Of a DNA stretch of 32,230 nucleotides, positions 24,604-32,230 are shown in pieces. The DNA is from Candidatus Sericytochromatia bacterium. Lineage in GTDB: Bacteria > Cyanobacteriota > Sericytochromatia > S15B-MN24 > UBA4093. The stretch spans positions 1 through 32,230 of the forward strand of contig JBEIFE010000002.1 of the NCBI GenBank assembly GCA_040382575.1, read 5' to 3'. Within the stretch, counting starts at the first letter, position 1, and every line of letters starts with the position of its first letter. Made by a program: the position numbers and the translations under genes. The notes under the pieces were generated by a model. The model was not told where the DNA came from. It worked only from the letters and a program-made list of their open reading frames with translations, and did no database searches.

Positions 24604-24638
24604 CTCCGTGGCGCGACCTGTTTGCCGCGGAGGTGCTG

Positions 24639-25265
24639 ATGCCGGCCACCCCTGGAATCTCCGATCCCACCATCCCTTACCGTCCCGGGGTGAACCTGCT
24701 GGGGCCGGGGTTCGATCGTCCGGAAGCTCTCCCGGACTGGGTCCCGCCCGAGGATCTGACCTGGTCGCCCGCCACGGGCTGGCCGCGGGCCGTCGATTCC
24801 TTCGATTTCTCGGTGGATGTTCGCTTCAAGCACCTTCGTGAACTCGCGGATGCCCTGGGTCGCACGCCTCTGGTCGAACCGAAGGGGGCCGTCAAGCCTG
24901 CCCCCACACCTGCCGAGCAGTTCATCGAGAAGGCGCTGACGTTCAAAGGTCAGTGGTACCGCTACGGGGGGGGACATGGTCCCACCATGCGGCGACCTGG
25001 CCCCGTGGATTGCAGCGGTCTCGTGCAGCAGGCAGCTCGCCTGATGGGGCGCAATCTCGACGGGACCGCCGACATGCAGCAGCGCAAGGGAAAAGCCGTG
25101 TCCATGCGGGATCTGCGCCCGGGAGATCTGGTGTTTGTCGGACGCCCGGCCACCCACGTGGGTATTTACGTCGGTGACGGCAAGGTGTTGCATGCGCCCC
25201 GCACGGGCTCTCGCGTCTCGTTCGGGTCCGTGCGCTGGTTCGACAACGCCCGTCGGGTGTTCTAG
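24639..25265 (+). CDS. NlpC/P60-family peptidoglycan hydrolase (208 aa) with no recognisable signal peptide
   Basis: ATG at 24639 with GGAGG at 24629-24633. The C-terminal domain is YRYGGGHG...VDCSGLVQQAARLMG...GDLVFVG...HVGIYVGDGKVLHAP (Cys and His catalytic motifs). The track ORF start at 24318 overlaps the CDF gene and I rejected it. Confidence 0.75.
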   Translation: MPATPGISDPTIPYRPGVNLLGPGFDRPEALPDWVPPEDLTWSPATGWPRAVDSFDFSVDVRFKHLRELADALGRTPLVEPKGAVKPAPTPAEQFIEKALTFKGQWYRYGGGHGPTMRRPGPVDCSGLVQQAARLMGRNLDGTADMQQRKGKAVSMRDLRPGDLVFVGRPATHVGIYVGDGKVLHAPRTGSRVSFGSVRWFDNARRVF

Positions 25266-25561
25266 TCTTCGCGAGCGCTGAACAGCATCCGGTAGCCCTC
25301 GCCGTTTCTGAGCGTTCCGCGCACGGTGTAGCGGTTCTCGACGGCGAGCTGGATCAGGCCCTGGATCACGATGGTGCTCATCGGCAGGGCCGTCGTGTAC
25401 ATGCTGGACTCGAACACGTGGTCCAGGGTTTCTTCCCCGTAGTTCCGTGCCAGCGTCTGGCCCATCTTTCCCGAAAAATCGAGCGCGAACGACTCGCGGC
25501 GGGAAATCAACTGCTGACTCTGCACGAGCGTGTCGGGGGGGGCCCACGTCAATTCGGTCAC
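25262..25561 (-). CDS. Hypothetical protein (99 aa)
   Basis: Coding-like frame, convergent with the NlpC/P60 gene and divergent from hutH. I cannot confidently assign a family. Confidence 0.45.
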   Translation of the reverse strand: MTELTWAPPDTLVQSQQLISRRESFALDFSGKMGQTLARNYGEETLDHVFESSMYTTALPMSTIVIQGLIQLAVENRYTVRGTLRNGEGYRMLFSARED

Positions 25562-25726
25562 GGAAATCCATCTCCCTGGCTTGCAGGCGGTATCTCCCTA
25601 TGTCTACCCGCCCCTCGGGCCCCTGACACCTGATCCGGGCGAAGGTGAGATCACGCTCCTTCCCGGGCATGGCATGTGCGCAGATTTCCGGGAGCTCAGG
25701 CTCCGCGATCCGGAGGCAAAGGCGCC

Positions 25727-27262
25727 ATGGATACCCAGGTCATGCTCGATGGACAGTCCCTGACGATCCACGAGGTCGTCCGGGTCGCACTCGGTAACGA
25801 ACCCGTCGCTCTGTCATCCGGTGCGAGAAGCGCCGTGACGCGAGCCCGGGAGCATGTCGAGCGCCTGATCTCCGGGGGGCAGGTGGTCTACGGGATCACC
25901 ACGGGATTCGGCTTCTTCAAGGATCGCCGGATCGGTCCCGAGGCTGTCGAGCAGCTCCAGCAGAGCCTCGTCCTTAGCCATGCAGCCGGGGTTGGGGACC
26001 CGCTTGCCCCCGAGATCGTACGGGCCATGCTGGTCCTGCGTGCCCAGGCCCTGGCAAGAGGCCATTCGGGAATCCGCCTCGAGACGCTCGAATTGCTTCT
26101 GGCCCTGGTGAACCGGAGGGTGCATCCTCTGGTTCCGTCGCAGGGTTCCGTGGGGGCCTCCGGAGATCTGGCCCCCCTCAGTCACGTGGCGCTCGCGCTC
26201 ATCGGCGAGGGGGAGGTCGAGATCGACGGGGAAGTGCTTCCTGCGCGCGAGGGGCTGGCCCGCCGGGGTCTGGAGCCCGTCCGCCTGGCAGCCAAGGAGG
26301 GCCTCGCGCTCGTCAACGGGACGCAGGCCATGACGGCCATGGGCTGCCTGGCCGTCCACCGCGTCCAGGCGCTGGCACGCCTCGCGGACGTGGCCTGCGC
26401 GATGACGCTCGAGGCCACGCTCGGATCCAACCAGAGCTACCGGGAGATCTTTCATGCGCTCAGGCCGCATCCCGGACAACAGGCGAGCGCGCGCAACCTC
26501 ATGCGCCTCACGGCCCAGAGCGATCTGATCGCTTCTCATGCCACCTGCGACCGGGTCCAGGATGCTTACTCGCTGCGGTGTGCCCCGCAGGTCCACGGTG
26601 CGAGCCGGGACGCCCTGGCCCATGCCGAGCGGGTACTCGGGATCGAGATCAACAGCGTGACGGACAATCCCCTGCTGTTTCCTGACAGCGACGAGGTACT
26701 CAACGGAGGCCACTTTCACGGGCAGCCCGTCGCGCTGGCGCTCGACTTCCTGGCGATCGCCTGCGCCGAGTGGGCCAGCATATCGGAGCGCCGGATAGAG
26801 CGCCTGGTCAACGCTCAGTACTCGAACGGCCTCCCGATGTTCCTGGCCGAGGACGGTGGCATGAACAGCGGTTACATGGTCGCCCAGTACACGGCTGCGA
26901 GCCTCGCGAGCGAGAACAAGGTCCTGGCCCACCCGGCCTGCGTGGACAGCATCCCGACTTCCGCCGGGCAAGAGGACCACGTCAGCATGGGGACCACCTC
27001 GGCACGCAAGCTCCTCAGAGTCGTGGACAACCTCGAGAAGGTCCTGGCCATCGAGATCATGTGCGCCACCCAGGCGATCGATCTCCGCGGGGGGCTGAGG
27101 CCCGGCGCCGGACCTGCCGCGGCCCATGGAGCGGTGCGCGAGGTCTTGCCGCGTCTGCTGGTCGACCGGATCGTCGCGCATGACATCTCGACGGTGGTGG
27201 ATCTGGTGCGCTCCGGGCGGCTACTGGGGGCGGTGGAGGCTGCCACGGGGGCTCTCGATTGA
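25727..27262 (+). CDS. hutH: Histidine ammonia-lyase
   Basis: ATG at 25727 with GGAGG at 25712-25716. It has the MIO-forming motif GSVGASGDLAPLSH, and the 511-aa length is typical. Confidence 0.93.
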   Translation: MDTQVMLDGQSLTIHEVVRVALGNEPVALSSGARSAVTRAREHVERLISGGQVVYGITTGFGFFKDRRIGPEAVEQLQQSLVLSHAAGVGDPLAPEIVRAMLVLRAQALARGHSGIRLETLELLLALVNRRVHPLVPSQGSVGASGDLAPLSHVALALIGEGEVEIDGEVLPAREGLARRGLEPVRLAAKEGLALVNGTQAMTAMGCLAVHRVQALARLADVACAMTLEATLGSNQSYREIFHALRPHPGQQASARNLMRLTAQSDLIASHATCDRVQDAYSLRCAPQVHGASRDALAHAERVLGIEINSVTDNPLLFPDSDEVLNGGHFHGQPVALALDFLAIACAEWASISERRIERLVNAQYSNGLPMFLAEDGGMNSGYMVAQYTAASLASENKVLAHPACVDSIPTSAGQEDHVSMGTTSARKLLRVVDNLEKVLAIEIMCATQAIDLRGGLRPGAGPAAAHGAVREVLPRLLVDRIVAHDISTVVDLVRSGRLLGAVEAATGALD

Positions 27263-27368
27263 ATTTGGTAACACCGCGGCATCATTTGTTCAAAAATTTG
27301 GCATATTTCGCTTTGTGAACGGGTATCGAAAAAACGTCTGACCCTCCGGTCATCCATGGAGGTCTCTC

Positions 27369-28976
27369 GTGCCTGAATCCCCCTTGCGTCCATCCCGTGC
27401 GCGAAGCTGGCGCTTTTGGCCCGTCCTCGGGGCGCTGGCGCTGTCCCTGACGGCCTGTCCTGCCGGTTTGCTCGACTCCATCGGGAAAGTGGTTCCGGGT
27501 GGTGGTGCTTCGCCACCTGCCCCGGTCGTTTCCGGCCCTCCCGGTAACGTGCAGATTCCCGTACTCCCGAAGCGCGTCATCAAGCTCACGCCTTCGCAGG
27601 TCTCGGTGGCCATCGGCGTCCGGGACATGGTCTGGAAACTCACGACGGTGGCCCCTTACCGCATCTCGGCGACGGCCAGCGTGAAACCAGCCCTCAACCC
27701 CGATGATGTCGACCTGGATCGCATCAAATCGATCGTGGCGTATCCGACGACCGGTGGTCCTGAGTTCAAGGCTGGTCAGGATTATCGACTCGCGCTCGAG
27801 ATCAACAAGGTCTACCGGATCGAGGTCACGTTCACCTCGCTCGACGGTGAAGACCGCGTCCTGACCACCCTCTACAAGGCCCCACTCGAACTCAGGGGCA
27901 AGAAGGGCGACGTGCCCGTCGCCGTCACGCCCGCCACCACCCTGGCCACCACGGCCGTGCTGAAAGCCCGCAACGACAAGGTCGCGAGCCTCGATCTGGA
28001 AGTTTTTGCCACGGTGGTCGGCAAGGTCGATGCGATCATCGAATCCAACCGCCAGAGCGCAAGCTTCGCTTCCGCCCTCCAGTATGCCGACCTCGGCGCG
28101 CCGGAAGGGCTCAGTGAGGTCCTGAGCGAGGTGACGGCCCCGGCCTCGCCCCCGGCCTCGGGCTCCGCCAGTCCTTCCCCGATGGTTGACCTCGTGGCCG
28201 ACCTCCGGGATGTGGTCGAAGAAGCGGCTCGCCAGGACGATCCCTCCAACAGTCTCGAGCCCGTCGGAAAAGAGGTGGTCATCGAGGTTCCCGATCAGGG
28301 CCAGTCCGAGGACCAGGCACGCGAGGAAGCCGAGAAGCAGGCGGGAGACCTCGATCAGAATCGAGGTGGCTCGGTCGAGGATGCCAGGGACGAGGACGAC
28401 GTGGTCGAGGTCCCCGAGGCGCCGACGCCCAGGCCGAGCGTCCCGGACCTTCCTGAACTGCCCATCCCGACGCCGGTTCCCACTTCGAGCAGTGGTGGGT
28501 CGATTTCTAATCCGGGTAGCCCGGTCGTTTCCACTCCCGAACCTCCTCGTGAGGGTGAGCTTGGTATCTCGCTCAGTGGTCGCGATGTCCTGTATGTACC
28601 CAAGGCCGACGGTTCAAGCCGGGCCGAATTTCCCTCCCGTGCCGTCATCGAGGTCAAGCGTGGTGACCAGCTTCTTTCCGGGGGCCTCGACTTTCTGGTC
28701 CGGGGGCCGTCGCCCGATTACGTCCAGGTGGTCCGTGGCAACCAGCTGGTCGTGCTGCCGGGCGCCCAGGGCGGCTATTACGCGCTCTACGTCTTCAGCC
28801 GGGACTCACTTGGCAACTTCGAGAAAGCCTATGTGCCCTTCGTGGTGCGTGCAGACTGGTCCGGCGAGGTCATCATCGAAGATCCGACCGAGCCCGTCGA
28901 TCCGCCCCCTTTTCAGGGGCGAGATCCCTGGAGTGGCAGCGTGATCATCGAGGATGAACCGGGGGTGGCACGATGA
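27369..28976 (+). CDS. Lipoprotein of unknown function (535 aa) with an acidic low-complexity centre and a C-terminal WSGxVIIED duplication
   Basis: GTG start with GGAGG at 27358-27362 and lipobox ALALSLTAC. I recognise no family. Confidence 0.7.
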   Translation: MPESPLRPSRARSWRFWPVLGALALSLTACPAGLLDSIGKVVPGGGASPPAPVVSGPPGNVQIPVLPKRVIKLTPSQVSVAIGVRDMVWKLTTVAPYRISATASVKPALNPDDVDLDRIKSIVAYPTTGGPEFKAGQDYRLALEINKVYRIEVTFTSLDGEDRVLTTLYKAPLELRGKKGDVPVAVTPATTLATTAVLKARNDKVASLDLEVFATVVGKVDAIIESNRQSASFASALQYADLGAPEGLSEVLSEVTAPASPPASGSASPSPMVDLVADLRDVVEEAARQDDPSNSLEPVGKEVVIEVPDQGQSEDQAREEAEKQAGDLDQNRGGSVEDARDEDDVVEVPEAPTPRPSVPDLPELPIPTPVPTSSSGGSISNPGSPVVSTPEPPREGELGISLSGRDVLYVPKADGSSRAEFPSRAVIEVKRGDQLLSGGLDFLVRGPSPDYVQVVRGNQLVVLPGAQGGYYALYVFSRDSLGNFEKAYVPFVVRADWSGEVIIEDPTEPVDPPPFQGRDPWSGSVIIEDEPGVAR

Positions 28977-29050
28977 GCCAGCCTCACGACAAGCCCAGCT
29001 TCCACCAGAAAGAGGTTCGTGAATCCATGAACGATCAAGGGAGGTCGCGG

Positions 29051-30958
29051 ATGCAGCGATTCCATCGGCGGGCCCTCGTCGGTCTGGCCCTGTCTCTGTC
29101 TGCCTGTCAGGGCAGCCCGGCACTCGTGCCCGGTCTGGGTTCGGGTACCGAAGCACCGGCCGGGGCCTCTGGCCAGGGAGCCGTCACGACGCCGTCAGCT
29201 GCGGCCGTTGCGCCTCTGTCCGGGCCGCGTGCAGTGGTGGGACACAGCATGGTCCTCACGATCCAGTGGCCGGCGCGACGGACGCAGGGGGTTCTCGCCG
29301 AGACCGACCTGCTCGTGCTGCATACAGAGGAATTCGTGGCCGGAAAGTCTCGCCCCGGCAAGGACTACACCTTCGAGCGGCCGGCAGCAGGGGAACCCGT
29401 CAAGAAGGAATACCTGCTCCAGTTCGCCGCCGAGGTCGATGAGGTCGAGGTGGCCGTCGATGCCTTCGCGAACGACCCGATCAAGGGTCGGATCCTGAAG
29501 GGCAAGGGGGCAGGCAAGGAGCGTTTGCGTCGGGATACTCCCGCAGCCCTGCGGATCACCCTGTCGGCCGTGGGCGCTCCCATCGTCGTTCCGGATACCC
29601 AGGAGCGTGTCCTGCGCAGTCTCGAGGGTCACTATGCGCGGAAGTATGCGCACCTCGTCAACGTGGGGAACTCTCCCGAGTTCGATGCGTACAGACTGGC
29701 CGGTGATGACCTCTTCCAGAAGGTCGCAGCCGGTTTCGCTCCCGATGCGCCGCCGCCCTCGTCCGATATCCCCATCGTCGAAAATCCCGGAACCCCGACG
29801 ATCGCGAGTCTGGGTCATCTGCTGAACATTCTCGATGTGGGTCCTGATCCAATCGACCGTCCCGAACCGCCGCTTGTCGGCGGTCCACCCCAGCCCATCG
29901 AGGGGGCATTGCCGCGTGACGAGCGCTACCCGGCCTTCCCTGAACCCTTGAAGGGGATTCCCCTCCCGGGGCTCAAGAACTATCCGGACACCCGGGTCGT
30001 CCTCGATCCCACCCGCGACGACCGTCTGCGCGGACTGGATTTCCCGGGCTACATGGCCCGTATCGATGGGATGCGCGCGGACGCCCAGAATGGCATCGGC
30101 CGTAGCGGGGATCTGAAACTCGACCTGCGTGCCGGTACCGGTGATACCCCTCGCAACTCCGGTCTGAATGCGCATGTCGAACTGAATGCCACGAGTGGGG
30201 CGTGGAACCGCACCGGCTTACCCGATCGGCTCGAGATCCCGGGGTCCTCGGCGTCCGCCGCGATTCCCTACCTCGTCGATGGACCCGATCTCGCACGGGT
30301 TGCAGCAGCTGGCGCCAGCTTCTGGATGTCTCCTGGCTCGATGCCGGAGGCCACCGTCAGTTTTGGTTTCCAGCTCTCGCACTTCGCACCGATACCGGGC
30401 AACCTCCAGGGTATTCTGCCCGGTGGGACCTTTGGCGGATTCTCCTTCGATGGCGTCCGGGTTCCTCTTTCCCTCGAGGGACATGTGGAATCTCCATGGG
30501 CACGTATTCAAGGCAAGACGGCCATCTCGATCGACCGTTCGTTCGTCGATTCCTCGGGAGAACTGGCGGTTCGCGATGCCGCAGGCAAGTTCGATCCGTA
30601 CCCCTACCGGGTCGGGCTCGACTGGTCGCTTGCCAATCTGCGAAGCGGAGAGGGGGTCCAGTTCCAGATGCGGATGGATGATGTCGCGAATGGTTTCGGC
30701 ATCCGGGCTCAGGTGGTCGCCCGTGGAGGGGACAGTCCACCCGATATCGTGGCGACGCTCGTCGACTCTCAGACGGAAAAGCGTCTCGGCCGCATCGAGT
30801 TCTCCCTCGAGAACCCGCTCGGGTCGACGCGCCTGCGTGACTATCCCTTGCTGATCCTCGAGCCGCTCAAGGAAGGCGAAGAACCCATCCGGTACCGGCT
30901 CACGCCCGGATTCTTCTCGGGTGACCGGACAGGCGCGCTCAATGTGGAGGTGCGGTAG
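29051..30958 (+). CDS. Lipoprotein of unknown function (635 aa)
   Basis: ATG at 29051 with GGGAGG at 29038-29043 gives MQRFHRRALVGLALSLSAC, a classic lipoprotein signal. The track ORF start at 28973 (ATGA overlap with the upstream gene) remains possible. Confidence 0.7.
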   Translation: MQRFHRRALVGLALSLSACQGSPALVPGLGSGTEAPAGASGQGAVTTPSAAAVAPLSGPRAVVGHSMVLTIQWPARRTQGVLAETDLLVLHTEEFVAGKSRPGKDYTFERPAAGEPVKKEYLLQFAAEVDEVEVAVDAFANDPIKGRILKGKGAGKERLRRDTPAALRITLSAVGAPIVVPDTQERVLRSLEGHYARKYAHLVNVGNSPEFDAYRLAGDDLFQKVAAGFAPDAPPPSSDIPIVENPGTPTIASLGHLLNILDVGPDPIDRPEPPLVGGPPQPIEGALPRDERYPAFPEPLKGIPLPGLKNYPDTRVVLDPTRDDRLRGLDFPGYMARIDGMRADAQNGIGRSGDLKLDLRAGTGDTPRNSGLNAHVELNATSGAWNRTGLPDRLEIPGSSASAAIPYLVDGPDLARVAAAGASFWMSPGSMPEATVSFGFQLSHFAPIPGNLQGILPGGTFGGFSFDGVRVPLSLEGHVESPWARIQGKTAISIDRSFVDSSGELAVRDAAGKFDPYPYRVGLDWSLANLRSGEGVQFQMRMDDVANGFGIRAQVVARGGDSPPDIVATLVDSQTEKRLGRIEFSLENPLGSTRLRDYPLLILEPLKEGEEPIRYRLTPGFFSGDRTGALNVEVR

Positions 30959-30961
30959 ACC

Positions 30962-32230
30962 ATGGCCAAGTCATTCCTCTCTCGCACGTCTCCCTGGCTA
31001 CTGCTGGCGCTCACGGTCGCGGCTTGCCAAGCTCCCCTGACCGGTCTTTCCACGGGTACCGGGCGTCCAGGAGGGCCGACGGCCACCTCCGTTGCCCAGC
31101 TGGCCCGTCAGACCGGATCGCTCCGGGTGGCCATCCGCTGGCCCGAACGGCGGATCCAGGACATCGCCTACCGGACGCAGGCCATCGAGCTGATGGTGTG
31201 GGAAGTCGATCAGGCAGGAAACAGGAAGCCCGCCCTGCAGCGGGCCGGTAACCTGGCGCCCGTGGCGATCGCCACCGATAGTGGCCCCGTGGCGGTCGAT
31301 CGCCCCGTGAACGAGCCGGGTACGGCCTCTGCCAGTGAGCCGCTTCCGGAATTCGTCCCGGTCGAGCCCATCGTGATGTACAAGGATGGCCCCGGGGTAG
31401 GCAGCTTCCCTGGTTTGCTCGGGGGTGAAGACTATCTCGTCACCGCCGTCGCACGCGATGCCAGCGGCCAGGAGATCGGGCATGCCGAGGCCCGGTGTGA
31501 CATCATTCCGGGCTCGGGCAACTGGGTTTCGCTGGATATGAAGGCGGCCAACCCACCCCTGATCGATGGAATCGGCGACTGGGCCCAACAGCCGCTCGGT
31601 CCTGGTGCGACCTTCTCCGTCCTACTCAAGGGCCACGAGAAGGACCTCCCCCTCGAGGCCGACCTCGATGTCTCGTATCCGTCCTATGATTCCGGTCCTT
31701 ACCCCATGCCATCGGGGGGCGAGTCTTCGATTCCTGGCGGGGGCGTGAACCGGATCAGCAATCACGACTCGTCTTATCCGTACGGGGGGAACATCGTCCG
31801 GCTCGACCATCGGGTCGTGTCCGAATCCGCCAGCGGTTCGCTGCTCCTCGAGATATCCTTGCCAGATGGTCTGCCCGGTTCCATGCTCCGTCCCGGGTTC
31901 GGCCGTATCCCGGTGTTCAATGTCGTCGTCAGAGTCGACAACGTGCGATCGAACGCCATTCCGGTGAACCTCGATCTCTCGAAGTTCCCCGAGAGGTATC
32001 CGAACCCATATCCCTCGGGCATGCCGACCTCGTATCCCTCGTGGGATCCCTCCTATCCGCCCACGGATGACCCGTCGTGGAATCCGTCACCTCCCCCGAC
32101 CGATTTTCCGTCCTGGGATCCTTCGTTCATCCCGTCCGAACCGCCCACGGATGGTCCTTCCGACTTCCCGTCGGATCAGCCTCCGATTGACCCGTCACTC
32201 CAGCCCACCCCGGGCTCGACAGACGACCCG
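30962..32230 (+). CDS. Lipoprotein of unknown function, 5' part (423 codons, open to the window end) with a C-terminal Pro/Ser/Asp/Trp-rich repeat region
   Basis: My own translation (absent from the track, no stop in window) gives MAKSFLSRTSPWLLLALTVAAC..., with GGAGG at 30946-30950. It starts 3 nt after the upstream stop, and the frame stays open through 32230. Confidence 0.7.
   Translation, partial: MAKSFLSRTSPWLLLALTVAACQAPLTGLSTGTGRPGGPTATSVAQLARQTGSLRVAIRWPERRIQDIAYRTQAIELMVWEVDQAGNRKPALQRAGNLAPVAIATDSGPVAVDRPVNEPGTASASEPLPEFVPVEPIVMYKDGPGVGSFPGLLGGEDYLVTAVARDASGQEIGHAEARCDIIPGSGNWVSLDMKAANPPLIDGIGDWAQQPLGPGATFSVLLKGHEKDLPLEADLDVSYPSYDSGPYPMPSGGESSIPGGGVNRISNHDSSYPYGGNIVRLDHRVVSESASGSLLLEISLPDGLPGSMLRPGFGRIPVFNVVVRVDNVRSNAIPVNLDLSKFPERYPNPYPSGMPTSYPSWDPSYPPTDDPSWNPSPPPTDFPSWDPSFIPSEPPTDGPSDFPSDQPPIDPSLQPTPGSTDDP

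Noticed and set aside
23514-25265. Both convergent gene junctions (23514-23517 and 25262-25265) share overlapping stop codons within the palindrome CTAG.
   Set aside because: TAG on both strands necessarily creates CTAG when stops overlap by two bases. With only two instances, I treat this as coincidence in a compact genome, not as a site-specific signal.
18919-27181. Long minus-strand ORFs antisense to the hut genes and neighbours: 18919..20652, 20712..21878, 21938..22804, 24582..25670 and 25814..27181.
   Set aside because: Each is the mirror of a plus-strand gene with an unambiguous family identity (hutU, hutI, formimidoyltransferase, NlpC/P60, hutH). Their composition is shadow-ORF-like.
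1-32230. A scan of the whole window for CRISPR arrays, tRNA/rRNA genes, transposases, integrases, reverse transcriptases, and toxin-antitoxin or restriction-type defence genes.
   Set aside because: I saw no spaced direct-repeat array, no cloverleaf-like or rRNA-like sequence in the noncoding gaps (all shorter than about 330 nt), and no ORF with the corresponding catalytic motifs. A sensitive HMM or covariance-model scan would still be needed to exclude divergent members.

Overview
High-GC (roughly 65%), very gene-dense chromosomal window from a bacterium that is probably diderm, judging by its many lipobox lipoproteins and a putative beta-barrel protein. No taxon can be assigned from sequence alone.

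Gene content, left to right:
- The left edge holds the 5' part of dnaA on the minus strand. I translated it myself; it is missing from the ORF track because it has no stop in the window.
- Divergent from dnaA is the canonical rpmH-rnpA-yidD-yidC-jag-mnmE cluster (834-4397, tight or overlapping junctions).
- Next come a group-3 (SigB/SigF-like) sigma factor and a C39-like cysteine peptidase.
- A three-gene minus-strand operon follows: small protein, signal-peptide beta-rich protein, MscS channel.
- Then two hypotheticals, a DUF445-like membrane protein, and a translationally coupled pair that includes a 49-aa ORF below the track cutoff.
- Then a large NHL-repeat lipoprotein, a cupin, and a roughly 0.9-kb low-coding stretch.
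- Two tandem subtilisin-like (S8) lipoprotein protease genes flank a 3' remnant of a third copy.
- A 669-aa lysine-rich coiled-coil protein carries an internal duplication.
- A folate-dependent histidine utilisation set (hutU-hutI-glutamate formimidoyltransferase-cyclodeaminase) is separated from hutH by a CDF transporter, an NlpC/P60 hydrolase and a small ORF.
- Last is an operon of three large lipobox proteins of unknown function; the third runs off the right edge and is also absent from the ORF track.

I found no rRNA, tRNA, CRISPR array, transposase or integrase.

Short AT-rich islands between operons repeatedly carry extended -10 elements of the form TGnTAnnAT. Most long ORFs in the track that lie antisense to these genes are high-GC shadow ORFs.

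Candidates for new biology, all unproven:
- the three-lipoprotein operon
- the S8 array plus the coiled-coil gene
- the small-protein/beta-rich-protein/MscS operon
- the anomalous hexanucleotide repeat that interrupts dnaA at the window edge
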